Origin: a virus
Strand: one strand, 5' to 3'
Length of the DNA: 64,000 nt
IMG/VR virus record: IMGVR_UViG_3300027131_000001
Positions 16,586 to 26,891 of the stretch are shown one piece after another. The first letter of the stretch is position 1. Every line of letters starts with the position of its first letter. The notes beneath the pieces are model-generated. The model did not search any database, had not been told where the DNA came from, and saw nothing but the letters and a program-made list of their open reading frames with translations. A program made the translations under genes and the position numbers.

Positions 16586-18723
16586 CTATTTCCTCTTGGA
16601 CCTCTTAGCAGGTATGGTTTCAACAACAGGAGTCTCGAGCGCAACTACCCATTGCTTGTGTTCCTCAATCAGATCATTGTACTGCTGCTCAGTTACAATC
16701 TCATCGTTCCAGCGGAATATTGGTATATCGGCTGAGTACTTGTCGAGCTTCGGTAAGACCGTTTTCTTCTGTGCTTTCATCTAACAGCTCCATCTCTGCA
16801 ACATCCAGTTCGGACTTTGCTTCTCTAATTAATTTCAAAGCATAATCAAGATCATCAGATGTTGCCCACGAATAAAAGTCTTCCAACGTCTCATCGTCTG
16901 AGTCCAATAAGAAATGCAAATTGTTTCGGTCCCAATCATTCATCATTACCGTCCTTTTGAATATATTCAATAACGTAATCTAATATCACAGCAAGCACGA
17001 GCACGGACGCAAGGCATACAAGACCAAAGTAAATGTCACTCGGTTCCATCTTGATTCTCCTCTTGCCATTGAATAAGATTCTCAATTAGATTAAAGCATT
17101 GCTCGATGTCACTCGGAATATACTCTTCAATAGCTTCTACCGTCTCCGGGATCTCGTAGCAGTCGTCACCGTTCTCGTCCCACTTACCAACAAAATTCAT
17201 TCCTGGTTCGTAGTAATATCCTTCGACTGTGAATCCAAGATGCTCGAGCGCAATATAGAATTCTAGAGGAGGAGACCAAGCAGTATCAAAGTATAGAGTA
17301 ATCTCATTCTCTTTGATATCGACAACTCCATCATCGGAACCACTTACATCCCACTTCGTACCCCAGTTCTCAATACACCAATGAAACCATCCTTCACCAA
17401 GATCTGCTGGAGCAGGAGCGAACTCAGTGAATAGCTTATCCTCGAGGAAAGCAGTCTTCAGTCGAGTAATTAGCTCGGGATCTTCGTGTTTGAATGTTGT
17501 TGAATTAGCACACCAGTTTGGCATATCAGCTCCCTGTACCTAAAAGAATGATCTTAGGATTAATTGAAGATTGGGTCAACGACTCAATAAAAATATGATC
17601 GCCACCAACAGCAACAATTGCTTCATCTGCAGCTCTCCACATTTGAAACCATGTAACTGGCCCAACTGGAAGAGGAACAGAAAAGTTATCATGTACTAGA
17701 ACAGAACCTTCTTCTAATTGAAAAGCATTCTCAAATAAATCCTCTATCTCATACATTGACCAAAAAGATGTGAAGTTATTATTGTCTCTTAGTTGAGAGT
17801 AGTATTCGTTTCGTTCATCCCATTGTTTGTCTTTCTGAGTCTGCACTGCATTGAAGCCCTTCTGAATAAGAGATTTTGACTTGCGCAGCTCCACAATTAT
17901 AAAAGGACTGAGAGTGTCTTCCAGTTTATCAATAGCGTTTCTGAGATATACAAGACCATTATGAATGTCTGTCATATCTTCTGATGTGATTTCAAATTTA
18001 CTCATATCATTCCTCTATAAATTCTGCAGCAAGTTCACGATAACGAACAATGTACTCTTGACATTGCTCATACAGCATACGGAAAGCCGCTTGCTCATAC
18101 TGATTCAAATCAAGACCTTCAATATCCCCAGTGACAGCCATCTTATTAAGACACATATTCATATCACTAGAAGTATTCTCAAACACACAATAAGACATGC
18201 TAGGCATACAGTTCTCCTTAAATTACAACACCAAGTGCATCACAAATCAATTTATTCAGCTCATTCTCATACGGTTTACCCATGCGACGAAGCTGATAGA
18301 TCTCAGTCAGAGCTTCTTTGAATTCAAGTTCACAGTCAGTACTAAAACCTCGACTCTTGTACTCTTCAATGATATCATCATCATCAAAGTCTTCCAAACC
18401 GACATCTACCTCGACTTCAGTTGTTATATACGGCATTCTCGTCCTTCACTAGTTTATGACATAGATTGAGCGTCATCATTACATGATTGTAGACGAGAGC
18501 TCGTTGTAGGGTTGGAAGATTCTGAATCATCTCATCCAACTGATCCAAACTATCTGGAGTGTTCCAGATCTCACATTTCGGAATAGGATTGATCATCGGT
18601 CGAACTCACATTCTGTCTCATACTGGCTTTCCAACCAGTTCAAGTATTGAGGATCATTGTCCAGAATTAGAATCTCGATCTGATCAATCATCGCATTCAT
18701 CTCTTCAACAAATTCCAGTTCCA
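16586..18723 (-). CDS. short early proteins (16586-16780, ~16777-16946, 17526-18005, 18007-18207, 18218-18436 and two <60-aa ORFs in about 18420-18724)
   Basis: Packed same-strand ORFs downstream of the promoter at 18751-18779. Confidence 0.6.
17036..17524 (-). CDS. DUF1281/YubB ferredoxin-like-domain protein
   Basis: MPNWC...NWGTKWD...FDTAWSPP...YYEPGMNFVG. Confidence 0.8.
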   Translation of the reverse strand: MPNWCANSTTFKHEDPELITRLKTAFLEDKLFTEFAPAPADLGEGWFHWCIENWGTKWDVSGSDDGVVDIKENEITLYFDTAWSPPLEFYIALEHLGFTVEGYYYEPGMNFVGKWDENGDDCYEIPETVEAIEEYIPSDIEQCFNLIENLIQWQEENQDGTE

Positions 18724-18750
18724 TATTGACTCCTTGTTTGCTATGAGTCC

Positions 18751-18779
18751 AGTATACAACGGTTTGAAGTTCGGCACAA
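18751..18779 (-). promoter_or_regulatory. early promoter related to the cassette but lacking the ATTCTTAGC box
   Basis: TTGTGC-N17-TATACT-GGACTC. Confidence 0.7.
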
Positions 18780-18802
18780 CTAGAGTAAAATAGTCACATT
18801 TT

Positions 18803-19159
18803 TCAATCTACATCGAACCAGATGTCGCGACCATTTCGACGATTGGAGTAATCGTACTCATCTTCCATCGGAGGGAGAGCAGGCTCAATATCTTCCCGAG
18901 TAGGAATGACAATTGTCGCATCAGTTCTTGACGCACGAGCTGCATTGATACGCTCTGTACTTTGCCAAATGTGCATTTCAGCTTTGTCAGAGGTTTTGTA
19001 ATATCTGCTAACAGATAATGATTTGTTTATCTTGTCAAGTTCGCTGTGCTCTCGCACGTTAGCACAGCTATAACAACAGTACTTTCCTCTCTTTGTGTGC
19101 TTGGTTGAGCAACGAGGACATTCTTTTTCTACTATTGGTTTTCTTGGTCTTCCTGCCAT
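18803..19159 (-). CDS. zinc-finger protein
   Basis: KECPRC...KYCCYSC. Confidence 0.65.
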   Translation of the reverse strand: MAGRPRKPIVEKECPRCSTKHTKRGKYCCYSCANVREHSELDKINKSLSVSRYYKTSDKAEMHIWQSTERINAARASRTDATIVIPTREDIEPALPPMEDEYDYSNRRNGRDIWFDVD

Positions 19160-19161
19160 AC

Positions 19162-19881
19162 TTACGACCAGTATCGACTATTGTCCAACCTATCCCAATA
19201 TTGTTTGTTGTTACGATTAATAAAGTTCTTCAACAAATAAATTGCCATGCCAAAGTAACCCATCTTTTTAAACCTACGACTGTCCTGACCAACATAGTGA
19301 TTGAGAATCTTAAACTTCCTTGCACTATACATTCTTGATAAGAAGTAATCTTCAGACGTAGAAAGGTTTTCTGGAAATCTTCCAAACTGATTAAATTTAT
19401 CTCTGCGAGTGAGCATGAATGCACCGACTGCAAATGGAGAGAAGTATTTCAGGATGTTGTTGGTCAAGTTAAACAGAGTAAATCCAATCTTGGCTCGAAT
19501 ATCTTTATCATAACATTTGATATTCAGTCCAACCAGATCAAGGTTTTTTGATTCCAATTCAGCTACTGCGTCTCGAATCGTATTGACATCAAAGAAACGA
19601 ACATCAGCATCGATGAATAAAATGTACGGAGTAGTAACAAGAGCAGCGGCACGGTTCTTGGCAAGGCTAACTGGACCACCGTCAATAATCTCAACATTTA
19701 ATCTACCCTTAGTCGTTTGAATAATATTTCGAGTATCATCTGTAGAGCAGTCTGCAATAATAATTCTGGTACTGCCAATCATTTGATTACGAAGATGTAA
19801 CAACAGCCACGATATGTAATCTTCCTCGTTCTTGCAAGGGATTACAATTGTAATTTTATCGCTCAGGTTTGTTTCTTGCAT
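19162..19881 (-). CDS. GT2-family glycosyltransferase
   Basis: ITIVIPCKNEE, IIIADCSTDDT, LFIDAD (DxD) and SED. Confidence 0.9.
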   Translation of the reverse strand: MQETNLSDKITIVIPCKNEEDYISWLLLHLRNQMIGSTRIIIADCSTDDTRNIIQTTKGRLNVEIIDGGPVSLAKNRAAALVTTPYILFIDADVRFFDVNTIRDAVAELESKNLDLVGLNIKCYDKDIRAKIGFTLFNLTNNILKYFSPFAVGAFMLTRRDKFNQFGRFPENLSTSEDYFLSRMYSARKFKILNHYVGQDSRRFKKMGYFGMAIYLLKNFINRNNKQYWDRLDNSRYWS

Positions 19882-19941
19882 TCTGCCACCATCTTAAAAC
19901 TCTTTGATCTTAAATTATACTTCATTGTTGATTTGGCTTCT

Positions 19942-20787
19942 TCACAACTCTGCTGAGTTGGAAACATCAACTCTATTCTTCCTGGTTGATCTTGCGGGTT
20001 GTTTAAGTTCACCGCTATTAATATCATTATCCACATCGTCATTCTCCTTAGTCCATGTTACTATTTCCCAATGTCCATCGTGATACTCTACCAATGCAGT
20101 ACATGACTCTACCCAGTCGCCATCGTTCATGTAGGTGACTCCGTCAATTTCTTTTATTTCAGCATGATGTATGTGTCCACATATAACTCCGTCAAATCCT
20201 CGTTTCTTACAATATTGAGCTAGATTGTGTTCAAAGTGAAATATGAAATCTACTGCTTTTTTGACCCGGTGTTTAAGGAACAGGCTAAGGCTAAAGTACC
20301 CAAAACCAAAATGATGACGAATCCAATTAATCCCAGTATTGAGTCTAAGAATGAAATCATATGCTTTGTCTCCTAACATTGCTAACCAAGGGGCAAGACG
20401 AGTGATACCGTCAAACAAATCCCCGTGCACTACGAGGTAGCGTCGACCATCAACACCTATATGTTCTGCTTGGTTGGTCACTTCTATCATTCCAAAACCA
20501 ATATCATACTGAATGAATGGTCTTAAAAACTCGTCGTGATTACCAGCCACATACACTACCCTTGTACCGCGTTTGCTGTGACCTAGAATTCGACGAACAA
20601 CATTAGTGTGGGACTGTTTCCATCGCCACTTGTTTTGTTTGATTTTCCAAGCATCAACGATATCTCCTACGAGATACAATGTATTGCATGAGTTGTGTTT
20701 AAGGAAACTATTGAGCTTGTTTGCCTGACAGTCACTGGTTCCTAGATGAACATCTGATATGAATATTGATTTGTATTTGGTCTGCAT
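19942..20787 (-). CDS. PlcP/LpxH2-type calcineurin-like metallophosphoesterase (phospholipase C candidate)
   Basis: SDVHLG, GDIVD, GNHD, HGDLFD, WLAMLGDKAYD, GVICGHIH and NDGDWVESCTALVE. Confidence 0.8.
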   Translation of the reverse strand: MQTKYKSIFISDVHLGTSDCQANKLNSFLKHNSCNTLYLVGDIVDAWKIKQNKWRWKQSHTNVVRRILGHSKRGTRVVYVAGNHDEFLRPFIQYDIGFGMIEVTNQAEHIGVDGRRYLVVHGDLFDGITRLAPWLAMLGDKAYDFILRLNTGINWIRHHFGFGYFSLSLFLKHRVKKAVDFIFHFEHNLAQYCKKRGFDGVICGHIHHAEIKEIDGVTYMNDGDWVESCTALVEYHDGHWEIVTWTKENDDVDNDINSGELKQPARSTRKNRVDVSNSAEL

Positions 20788-20795
20788 CCATATAT

Positions 20796-21269
20796 TTATC
20801 TTCTATAACCAGAAGTTATAAATGATGGAAGAAGTTTACCAACGACACCATCTAAACCTTTAAAGAAGTTAGCATCGACATCATAATATTGATTTGGAGG
20901 AGGATTGTGGTGGAAGTCATTATTTTTAGATGAAGAGACTGTCGATGTGCTTTTACTCGTACTGCTACTGCTGTTGTTGTTGATCTGCTGTTGATTAACT
21001 ACTACAACCTTTGTTGAATTGTCTACTACTGCACCGGGAGAATTGACAATGATCGTTCCAATATTAATATTATCCCCACTGATGTAAACTCCACCACCAC
21101 TTGGTTTTGGCTTCGGATTCTGAGTAGTTGAGCGAACAGTTGTTCTTTCAACAATAACATCTTCCATTAGTATGCTGCTGTTATCTTCTCTAGGAACAGT
21201 ACTGCAGCCAACCATAGCAATCACACTAGTAAGTATCGAATACTTCAATAGTTCTCTTAACATAATCAT
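20796..21269 (-). CDS. lipoprotein
   Basis: Signal peptide ending in lipobox MVG-C; Ser/Asn low-complexity region. Confidence 0.65.
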   Translation of the reverse strand: MIMLRELLKYSILTSVIAMVGCSTVPREDNSSILMEDVIVERTTVRSTTQNPKPKPSGGGVYISGDNINIGTIIVNSPGAVVDNSTKVVVVNQQQINNNSSSSTSKSTSTVSSSKNNDFHHNPPPNQYYDVDANFFKGLDGVVGKLLPSFITSGYRR

Positions 21270-21882
21270 TTGGATCTTTCACAAATACCTGAGGCAGGTC
21301 ACCATCAACAGCAATCAGAATTACTATTTGCTCAATATCGAGATCGTACCTCTCCTTGCACATAAGAGCATAGGCAGTCGACTGGATGAAATAATTCTCA
21401 ATCCACTTCTCCTGCTTCCGTTTACCGGATGTCTTATAGTCTAGGATCGTGTATTTGCCTGCATATTTACAAATCAGATCCGATGTACCAGCAGACCTCA
21501 ATCTATCGGAATACAGCGGATATTCGATACCATACACCTCTTCTACGTTCTGGTCAACATAAGGCTGAATGTCTAAGAACAGAGATGTTGTTGTTGGTAG
21601 TTTGGCAAGAGCAAAGTCTTCTACGTTGGCGACGTAGTCCTCCATCATTGTATGGAGCTTTGTTCCTCTGCGTGATGCTGTTGATGAAATCCTATTTGCT
21701 TCTGCTTCTCCGACCTTCTCTCTCCACGCAGTTATCCCGTCCTTGGATAGCTGTGAGAGGATTGTCGTTACAGACCGGTACTTGTCACCGTTTGGTGTGA
21801 CATAGTATCTCTTGCCATCTATCTCGGTTCTTGGAATCTCAAGACGAGGAAGTGGCTTATGCTCAAAGTATTTGTTTCTCAA
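21226..21882 (-). CDS. PD-(D/E)XK exonuclease (T4-like exonuclease A / Cas4-like fold)
   Basis: SVTTIL, RGTKLH, AGTSD...ILDYKTS and YFIQSTAYA. Confidence 0.85.
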   Translation of the reverse strand: MRNKYFEHKPLPRLEIPRTEIDGKRYYVTPNGDKYRSVTTILSQLSKDGITAWREKVGEAEANRISSTASRRGTKLHTMMEDYVANVEDFALAKLPTTTSLFLDIQPYVDQNVEEVYGIEYPLYSDRLRSAGTSDLICKYAGKYTILDYKTSGKRKQEKWIENYFIQSTAYALMCKERYDLDIEQIVILIAVDGDLPQVFVKDPNDYVKRTIEVFDTY

Positions 21883-21883
21883 T

Positions 21884-23051
21884 TTATGATCTGTATTTGT
21901 TTACAACTCTATCAACTTGGGATTCTCTTACAGATCTCGATAAGGTCCTACTAGCTAGTTCGCTATTAGGATGAGCTTCCGCAACCTTGGACAATACTTC
22001 TTTGAATCCACTGTCAGTTTTGATACCACCAACGTTGGAAACAATATTGATTGCATCACTCGGTTCGTAGTACCGCTCGATCATTGGCTGACTTTCCATA
22101 TACGAATCATAATCTGACATTCTCATTGAATGGTCAAACACTTCATTCGTTTCTTTATTTCGAAACGTGTATGTTGCCATATATTATTTTGTAGGTCCTT
22201 TTACATTCCACTCATTACCTTTGGGAGCTTTAGGAGCTCTCTTTACTGCAGGCTTTTTTACTGGACGTGCAGGCTCAGCAACGATGTTCTTAGAATCTTC
22301 CTCTGTGATTACCATATTAGGTTCTATCTTAGGAATATATTCTATCTCTGAAGATTCGTGGCGCTTAGCCCAAACCCAGTGTGTCAAATTAAGAAGTTGT
22401 TTCTCAATAACATCCATCAACCCACTATTCCAAAACCAATGACCTTTATCCATGTCTAGTCTCCTTTTCTTGTTTAGTATCTATATCCTCATAATAGAAG
22501 TGATCATACTTCTTGTTCTGCAGAGCTCTGTCGATATCTCTTACAGACCGATCAAAATGTTCTTTTTTGATTGCCTTAATTACGTGATGCTGTTTCTCGT
22601 CCAACGTACGAAACTGTTTATTCGTCTTGCCCATTTAGCCCTCTAGTAGTCCTGGATACATCTCTTCAACAAACTTCTTTGTAATTCCCTTATAAGGAAG
22701 TTTCTTGTCCTTAATTGTCGCAATCAATTCAGCATCTTCTTTATCAAGATTCTCTAGAAATTGAATGAACAAGTACTCGCGTCTTGTTTGCTTCAATGTC
22801 GGATGTCCACCATCAAGAAACAAATACATCTTACGAAGTTCACTATACAAAACGCTTTGAAGGTCAGGTAAGTCATTTAATTTAAAAGGAGGCTTACCTT
22901 CTGGTAGAAGGAATTTGATTCTAGGATCATATGCTAGCTTGAGTACGGTTCTCAATGCAACAGAGTCCCATTTATTTAACCAGTCAATCTTGTCCTGCTT
23001 CTTCTCAAATTCAGAAGCCTTCTTCAGTATCTCAGCTAGACCAATTTTCAT
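21884..23051 (-). CDS. conserved T4-like hypotheticals (21884-22180, 22184-22453, 22446-22634, 22635-23051)
   Basis: MATYTF...GFKEVL (FmdB-like); LPEGKPPF...RREYLFIQFLE typical of genes next to rnh. Confidence 0.65.
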
Positions 23052-23062
23052 TGTAGTTCCTA

Positions 23063-23908
23063 TTAAAAGTCATTTGCGCTCTCCATTAATGAAGATAATT
23101 TATGTTGCTGGAAGTAATTTATAATATTTGTTTTCTTAGGAGTATTGAGAGCTGCGTAGTATTGATCAAGGATTTGATTAGTTATTCTATCAGGTATCTC
23201 AGATAGATCAATTAACTTTTTGTTCCTCACAATACCAATTTTGAATTCTGGAATATCATACAATGTATCCCAATCCAGCTTGACCCATTCATCTAACTTT
23301 GTTTTCATTATCTTTTTTTGTCTAACACCGTCAACCAATGAAGCATCTGGTGACATAGCATTAGGCACTCCGTCTCCGCTGTCTCCTCGGATCACCAACT
23401 CTTTCAAATATAGATCTGGTCGCTCTACTTTGATATTCTTTTTACGAATAGGATCAAACTGAATCACTTTTGAATTGTGTAACTGAATAAAGTCTTTGTC
23501 TGCAGATAGAATAAGAACATCCTCGTTTGATTCTTTTGCAAGAGTCGCAATGATATCATCAGCTTCTGCAGTTTCGACATGCAGTACGATATATGGTAGA
23601 TTGTCTTTGATCTCTTGTCTGATCTTGTTAAGTATCTCAAACAATGCAGACCAGTCGATATTGCTTTCTTCTCTCATCTTCTTGCGACCAGCTTTGTAGT
23701 AAGGGAACAGAGCTTTGCGCCAGTAATTCTTATCATCACAGGCAATAATCATGTCCCCGTACACTGCTCCAAACTTCTGTTTATATAGACGGAGCGAGTT
23801 GAGGATCATGTGTCGAACAAGACCCTCCTCTACAGCTAGATCAGTATGGTTTCCGATCTGCGCCATCAAGTTAGATATACAGACCTGATTAAAATCTACG
23901 AGAATCAT
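23063..23908 (-). CDS. rnh: T4-type RNase H (5'-3' exonuclease)
   Basis: ILVDFNQ, YWRK...YKAGR, EADDIIA, SADKDFIQL and GDSGDGVPN. Confidence 0.93.
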   Translation of the reverse strand: MILVDFNQVCISNLMAQIGNHTDLAVEEGLVRHMILNSLRLYKQKFGAVYGDMIIACDDKNYWRKALFPYYKAGRKKMREESNIDWSALFEILNKIRQEIKDNLPYIVLHVETAEADDIIATLAKESNEDVLILSADKDFIQLHNSKVIQFDPIRKKNIKVERPDLYLKELVIRGDSGDGVPNAMSPDASLVDGVRQKKIMKTKLDEWVKLDWDTLYDIPEFKIGIVRNKKLIDLSEIPDRITNQILDQYYAALNTPKKTNIINYFQQHKLSSLMESANDF

Positions 23909-24867
23909 TTTAGTGGATATTCAATTCGTTTATGTTCTTGCAACATTGATACAAGTAGGTTCTGCCATTGGTTCTTTCTATTTTGCCAACCGTAGAATGC
24001 ATCTATGTAAGCCTTCTGAGCTTGCAATGTCTTTGTTGTATCATTATGATTGTACATCCGAATTGCATTAGAAGTCAACTCATAGAACATCTTGGCATGG
24101 TCTCTTGCATTATCCTGCCATTGATACATCCAAGTCCAGTTAGCAGCAGTCTCGTACAATGCACCGTAGTTAGGATGAACACAGAATAAACCAGCTGACA
24201 TTGCTTCTAGTAAACTAATACAAGAAGTCTCTAGCCATGTATTTGGATATGCGTAAATGTGAGCTTGTTGTAATGCTGCTCTGACTTCACTGTTTGGAAC
24301 AGCACCGTGATAGTTGATCTTTGGATGTGCTTTACAAAAGTCAAACAACTCTTGATACGGTTCATCTCGTTGTTCCCAACCATAGATCTTGAAGCTGGAA
24401 TAGACATCGAGTTCAATATTATCAAACTCTTTGCATAGATTATCGAATGCAGAAATAAGAATGTTTAGGCCACGGTGCGGTGTTGTATGATAGATCAGCT
24501 TGATCTTATCTTTTGGTTTCTCGACGTACGGTATTGGCTCGATTGCATTGTGAAGGACAACACACTTATACCAAGGTAATCCGTAATGCTTCTGATATGC
24601 CTGCATCTGCCAGTTAGATACAAATACGAGCTTATCAAACCGGTTCCATCCACCAGCTTTTAGATGATCTGATTCTGGATCACCAGGTAAGTCATGCAAC
24701 CAGTATATTTTAATCTTGCTGTCATCAACTTCTCTGACACGAGAAGGAATGATTTGAAAATATTGTAAGAGATCTGCAGGAAGGTTGTTGTACAGCGCTT
24801 CTTGCATCAATTCAGTGCCACCCTTTGCGTTCTGGGCAAGCTCATTAGTTTCCATTGTAAGTTCCAT
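23905..24867 (-). CDS. GT4-family glycosyltransferase
   Basis: GGTE, PHRGL, YPNTWLETSCISLLEAM (ExxxxxxxE) and GALYET. Confidence 0.88.
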   Translation of the reverse strand: MELTMETNELAQNAKGGTELMQEALYNNLPADLLQYFQIIPSRVREVDDSKIKIYWLHDLPGDPESDHLKAGGWNRFDKLVFVSNWQMQAYQKHYGLPWYKCVVLHNAIEPIPYVEKPKDKIKLIYHTTPHRGLNILISAFDNLCKEFDNIELDVYSSFKIYGWEQRDEPYQELFDFCKAHPKINYHGAVPNSEVRAALQQAHIYAYPNTWLETSCISLLEAMSAGLFCVHPNYGALYETAANWTWMYQWQDNARDHAKMFYELTSNAIRMYNHNDTTKTLQAQKAYIDAFYGWQNRKNQWQNLLVSMLQEHKRIEYPLK

Positions 24868-24916
24868 GTTAGTTCAATAATAAGATCAACGTTAATTATA
24901 TATGCGTTTTTGAATG

Positions 24917-24972
24917 CATAAATATCAGGAAATTGAAGTTTTTATTATATATCATATTCTTCTTAATGTCAA
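24917..24972. promoter_or_regulatory. overlapping opposite-strand promoters
   Basis: Minus strand TTGACA-N17-TATAAT (24972-24944); plus strand late-type CATAAATA (24917-24924). Confidence 0.7.
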
Positions 24973-25033
24973 CAATATTGGAGATATTTAATGGTTAGTT
25001 TGAATTTGTCATGGGAACTGCTCATGACCTAAA

Positions 25034-25843
25034 ATGGATCCGTTCACCCTCTTTGCTCTGGCGAACGGCGCAGTTGCTGCAGTCAAAAAAGGATGTCAAC
25101 TATACAAAGACATTAAAAGTGCTGCTGGCGATGTCAAGGGCGTCTTAAAAGATCTAGATGCACAATTCGCCAAGGCACACCCTCCTGATAAGCCAGCAAG
25201 CTCAGCAGCTGTCAAACAACTCAACGAAGAAAAAGCTCGTGTTGTAGATCTCAATAAACGCAGCGAAGAAGCCCCTAACCTTTACACTGAAATTGGTGAA
25301 TATCTTGGCCAGTACTATGATAACTACTTTAAATGTGTTGCTGTCTTAGAGGAAGAAGAAAAGAAAAGTAAAACTGTAGTATATACAGGTGGAGATAGTC
25401 TTGCTAAGAGGGCACTGAAGCGTGTTCTGATGAAAAAGCAATTGGAGCAGATGGGAACAGAGCTCAGAGAGCTAATGACATATCAAAGCCCTCCAGAGCT
25501 AGGTGCACTGTTCTCAGAAGTCGAAGCAATGACAAAGGAACTTGGTAAGCAGCAACGGTATCTTATTGTACAGCAAATGGAGCGAGAGGCTGTTGAGGCT
25601 AAGAGAAGAGCTGTAAGGAGGAAGCACCACGAAATTGATTTTGCACTTGGTGTTGCTTTTTTGGTTATAGTTATTGTGATAATGTTTTTGTTCATGTACA
25701 TATCACACGACGCTCAAAAGAGATGGCCTCAGCTAAATACTTCTAGCGGCCAAGAGTACAGAAGAAAACTAGAATTGCTTGAGATACAAGAGACTCAGCA
25801 AAAACTACAAAAAAGAAAGAAAGAATTAGAAAGAGAACAATAA
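25034..25843 (+). CDS. coiled-coil membrane protein (only substantial plus-strand gene)
   Basis: 269 aa with an amphipathic N-terminus, coiled coils and one TM helix; followed by a 34-aa hydrophobic ORF (25844-25948). Confidence 0.75.
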   Translation: MDPFTLFALANGAVAAVKKGCQLYKDIKSAAGDVKGVLKDLDAQFAKAHPPDKPASSAAVKQLNEEKARVVDLNKRSEEAPNLYTEIGEYLGQYYDNYFKCVAVLEEEEKKSKTVVYTGGDSLAKRALKRVLMKKQLEQMGTELRELMTYQSPPELGALFSEVEAMTKELGKQQRYLIVQQMEREAVEAKRRAVRRKHHEIDFALGVAFLVIVIVIMFLFMYISHDAQKRWPQLNTSSGQEYRRKLELLEIQETQQKLQKRKKELEREQ

Positions 25844-25949
25844 ATGACCATAGAGATCATCTTCTTGATGGTCTTAGTTGCATTTGATACCCTACTAGCT
25901 TTGATATTTCTTTTCTACCTACTAAGACAACTGTTGCGTTCTTTATGAT

Positions 25950-26804
25950 TTACAACAATGCTGCTTCAAATAGTTGCTTGGTGATACTATCGCCCATCTG
26001 AATTTGTTTTAATCCAACAGGTATGTCAGATTCTTTTGGAACACAGAAAGCATTCCCCTCATATTTTAAATCTAGATTTTCTTCGTTAATAATATATCCT
26101 TCTGGCTCCCAAATATTTCTCATTTGTTTATTATGATTATTTGGATTGTATTTTGTGTATATGTGCCAAAAAGGAATATATCCTAGCTTATAAATCTTTT
26201 CCAATAGCTGATCATTACCCTTTTTGTTATTGAACTCAATATACAACAACGGCTTATGTTTCTTTATTAGCTTACTTGCACCGTTAAGAACATCTATCTC
26301 TAATCCTTCGACATCTAATTTAATTAGATCAAATTTATTTAAGTTAATATATTGATCAAGAGTAATAAGATTAGTATCAAGACCCTTGTCTGCACTATTA
26401 TTTACTTTAAACTCGCCGTAGTTGATTTTATGATCTACAAATGGATTAATGTTGACCATCTTAGCAATACCAGCTTTTGATGCAGCACCTGCATGTACTG
26501 GTATTGAATTATAGCAACCATTAATCAAAAGATTCGCTGCAAGCATTTCAAAAATATAGATCTGAGGCTCAATGGCAACTACATTGCCTTTATTACACTT
26601 CCTTGAGAAGTATACAGCATGAGTACCAATATTGGCACCAACATCAAGGACGTTTGAATTTTCTGTAAGGAAGTGATCAAAAAAGTCAAACTCTTGCTGA
26701 GCCCACTCACCATAATAATGAAGACAAGCACCAATTGGATCATCATTCTGAAAATGAATAAATGTGCCGTGCTTGGATTGAGTTTGCGCGATTGGATTAT
26801 GCAT
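25950..26804 (-). CDS. FkbM-family SAM methyltransferase
   Basis: VLDVGANIG, AIEPQ and IKLDVEGLE; start reset to MHNPIAQ because the longer ORF runs through the tRNA. Confidence 0.88.
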   Translation of the reverse strand: MHNPIAQTQSKHGTFIHFQNDDPIGACLHYYGEWAQQEFDFFDHFLTENSNVLDVGANIGTHAVYFSRKCNKGNVVAIEPQIYIFEMLAANLLINGCYNSIPVHAGAASKAGIAKMVNINPFVDHKINYGEFKVNNSADKGLDTNLITLDQYINLNKFDLIKLDVEGLEIDVLNGASKLIKKHKPLLYIEFNNKKGNDQLLEKIYKLGYIPFWHIYTKYNPNNHNKQMRNIWEPEGYIINEENLDLKYEGNAFCVPKESDIPVGLKQIQMGDSITKQLFEAALL

Positions 26805-26816
26805 AATATAAAAAGT

Positions 26817-26891
26817 TGGTAGCGGGGAGTGGAGTCGCACCACTGACCTCGGGATTATGAGCCCCACGCTCTTCTACTGAGCTACCCCGCA
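26817..26891 (-). tRNA. tRNA-Met(CAU), initiator-like
   Basis: TGCGGGG TAGCTCAGTAGAAGAGCG TGGGG CT CAT AA TCCCG AGGTC AGTGG TGCGACT CCACT CCCCGCT ACCA; unpaired 1:72 and encoded CCA. Confidence 0.88.

Noticed and set aside
18785-18803. CRP site upstream of the promoter at 18751-18779
   Set aside because: Only one TGTGA half-site; the second half does not match
21226-21882. Cas4/CRISPR association of the exonuclease
   Set aside because: No four-Cys Fe-S cluster set and no array; this is a common stand-alone exonuclease of T4-like phages
26805-26867. N-terminal extension of the FkbM ORF
   Set aside because: It runs through the tRNA gene; the ATG at 26804 is the plausible start
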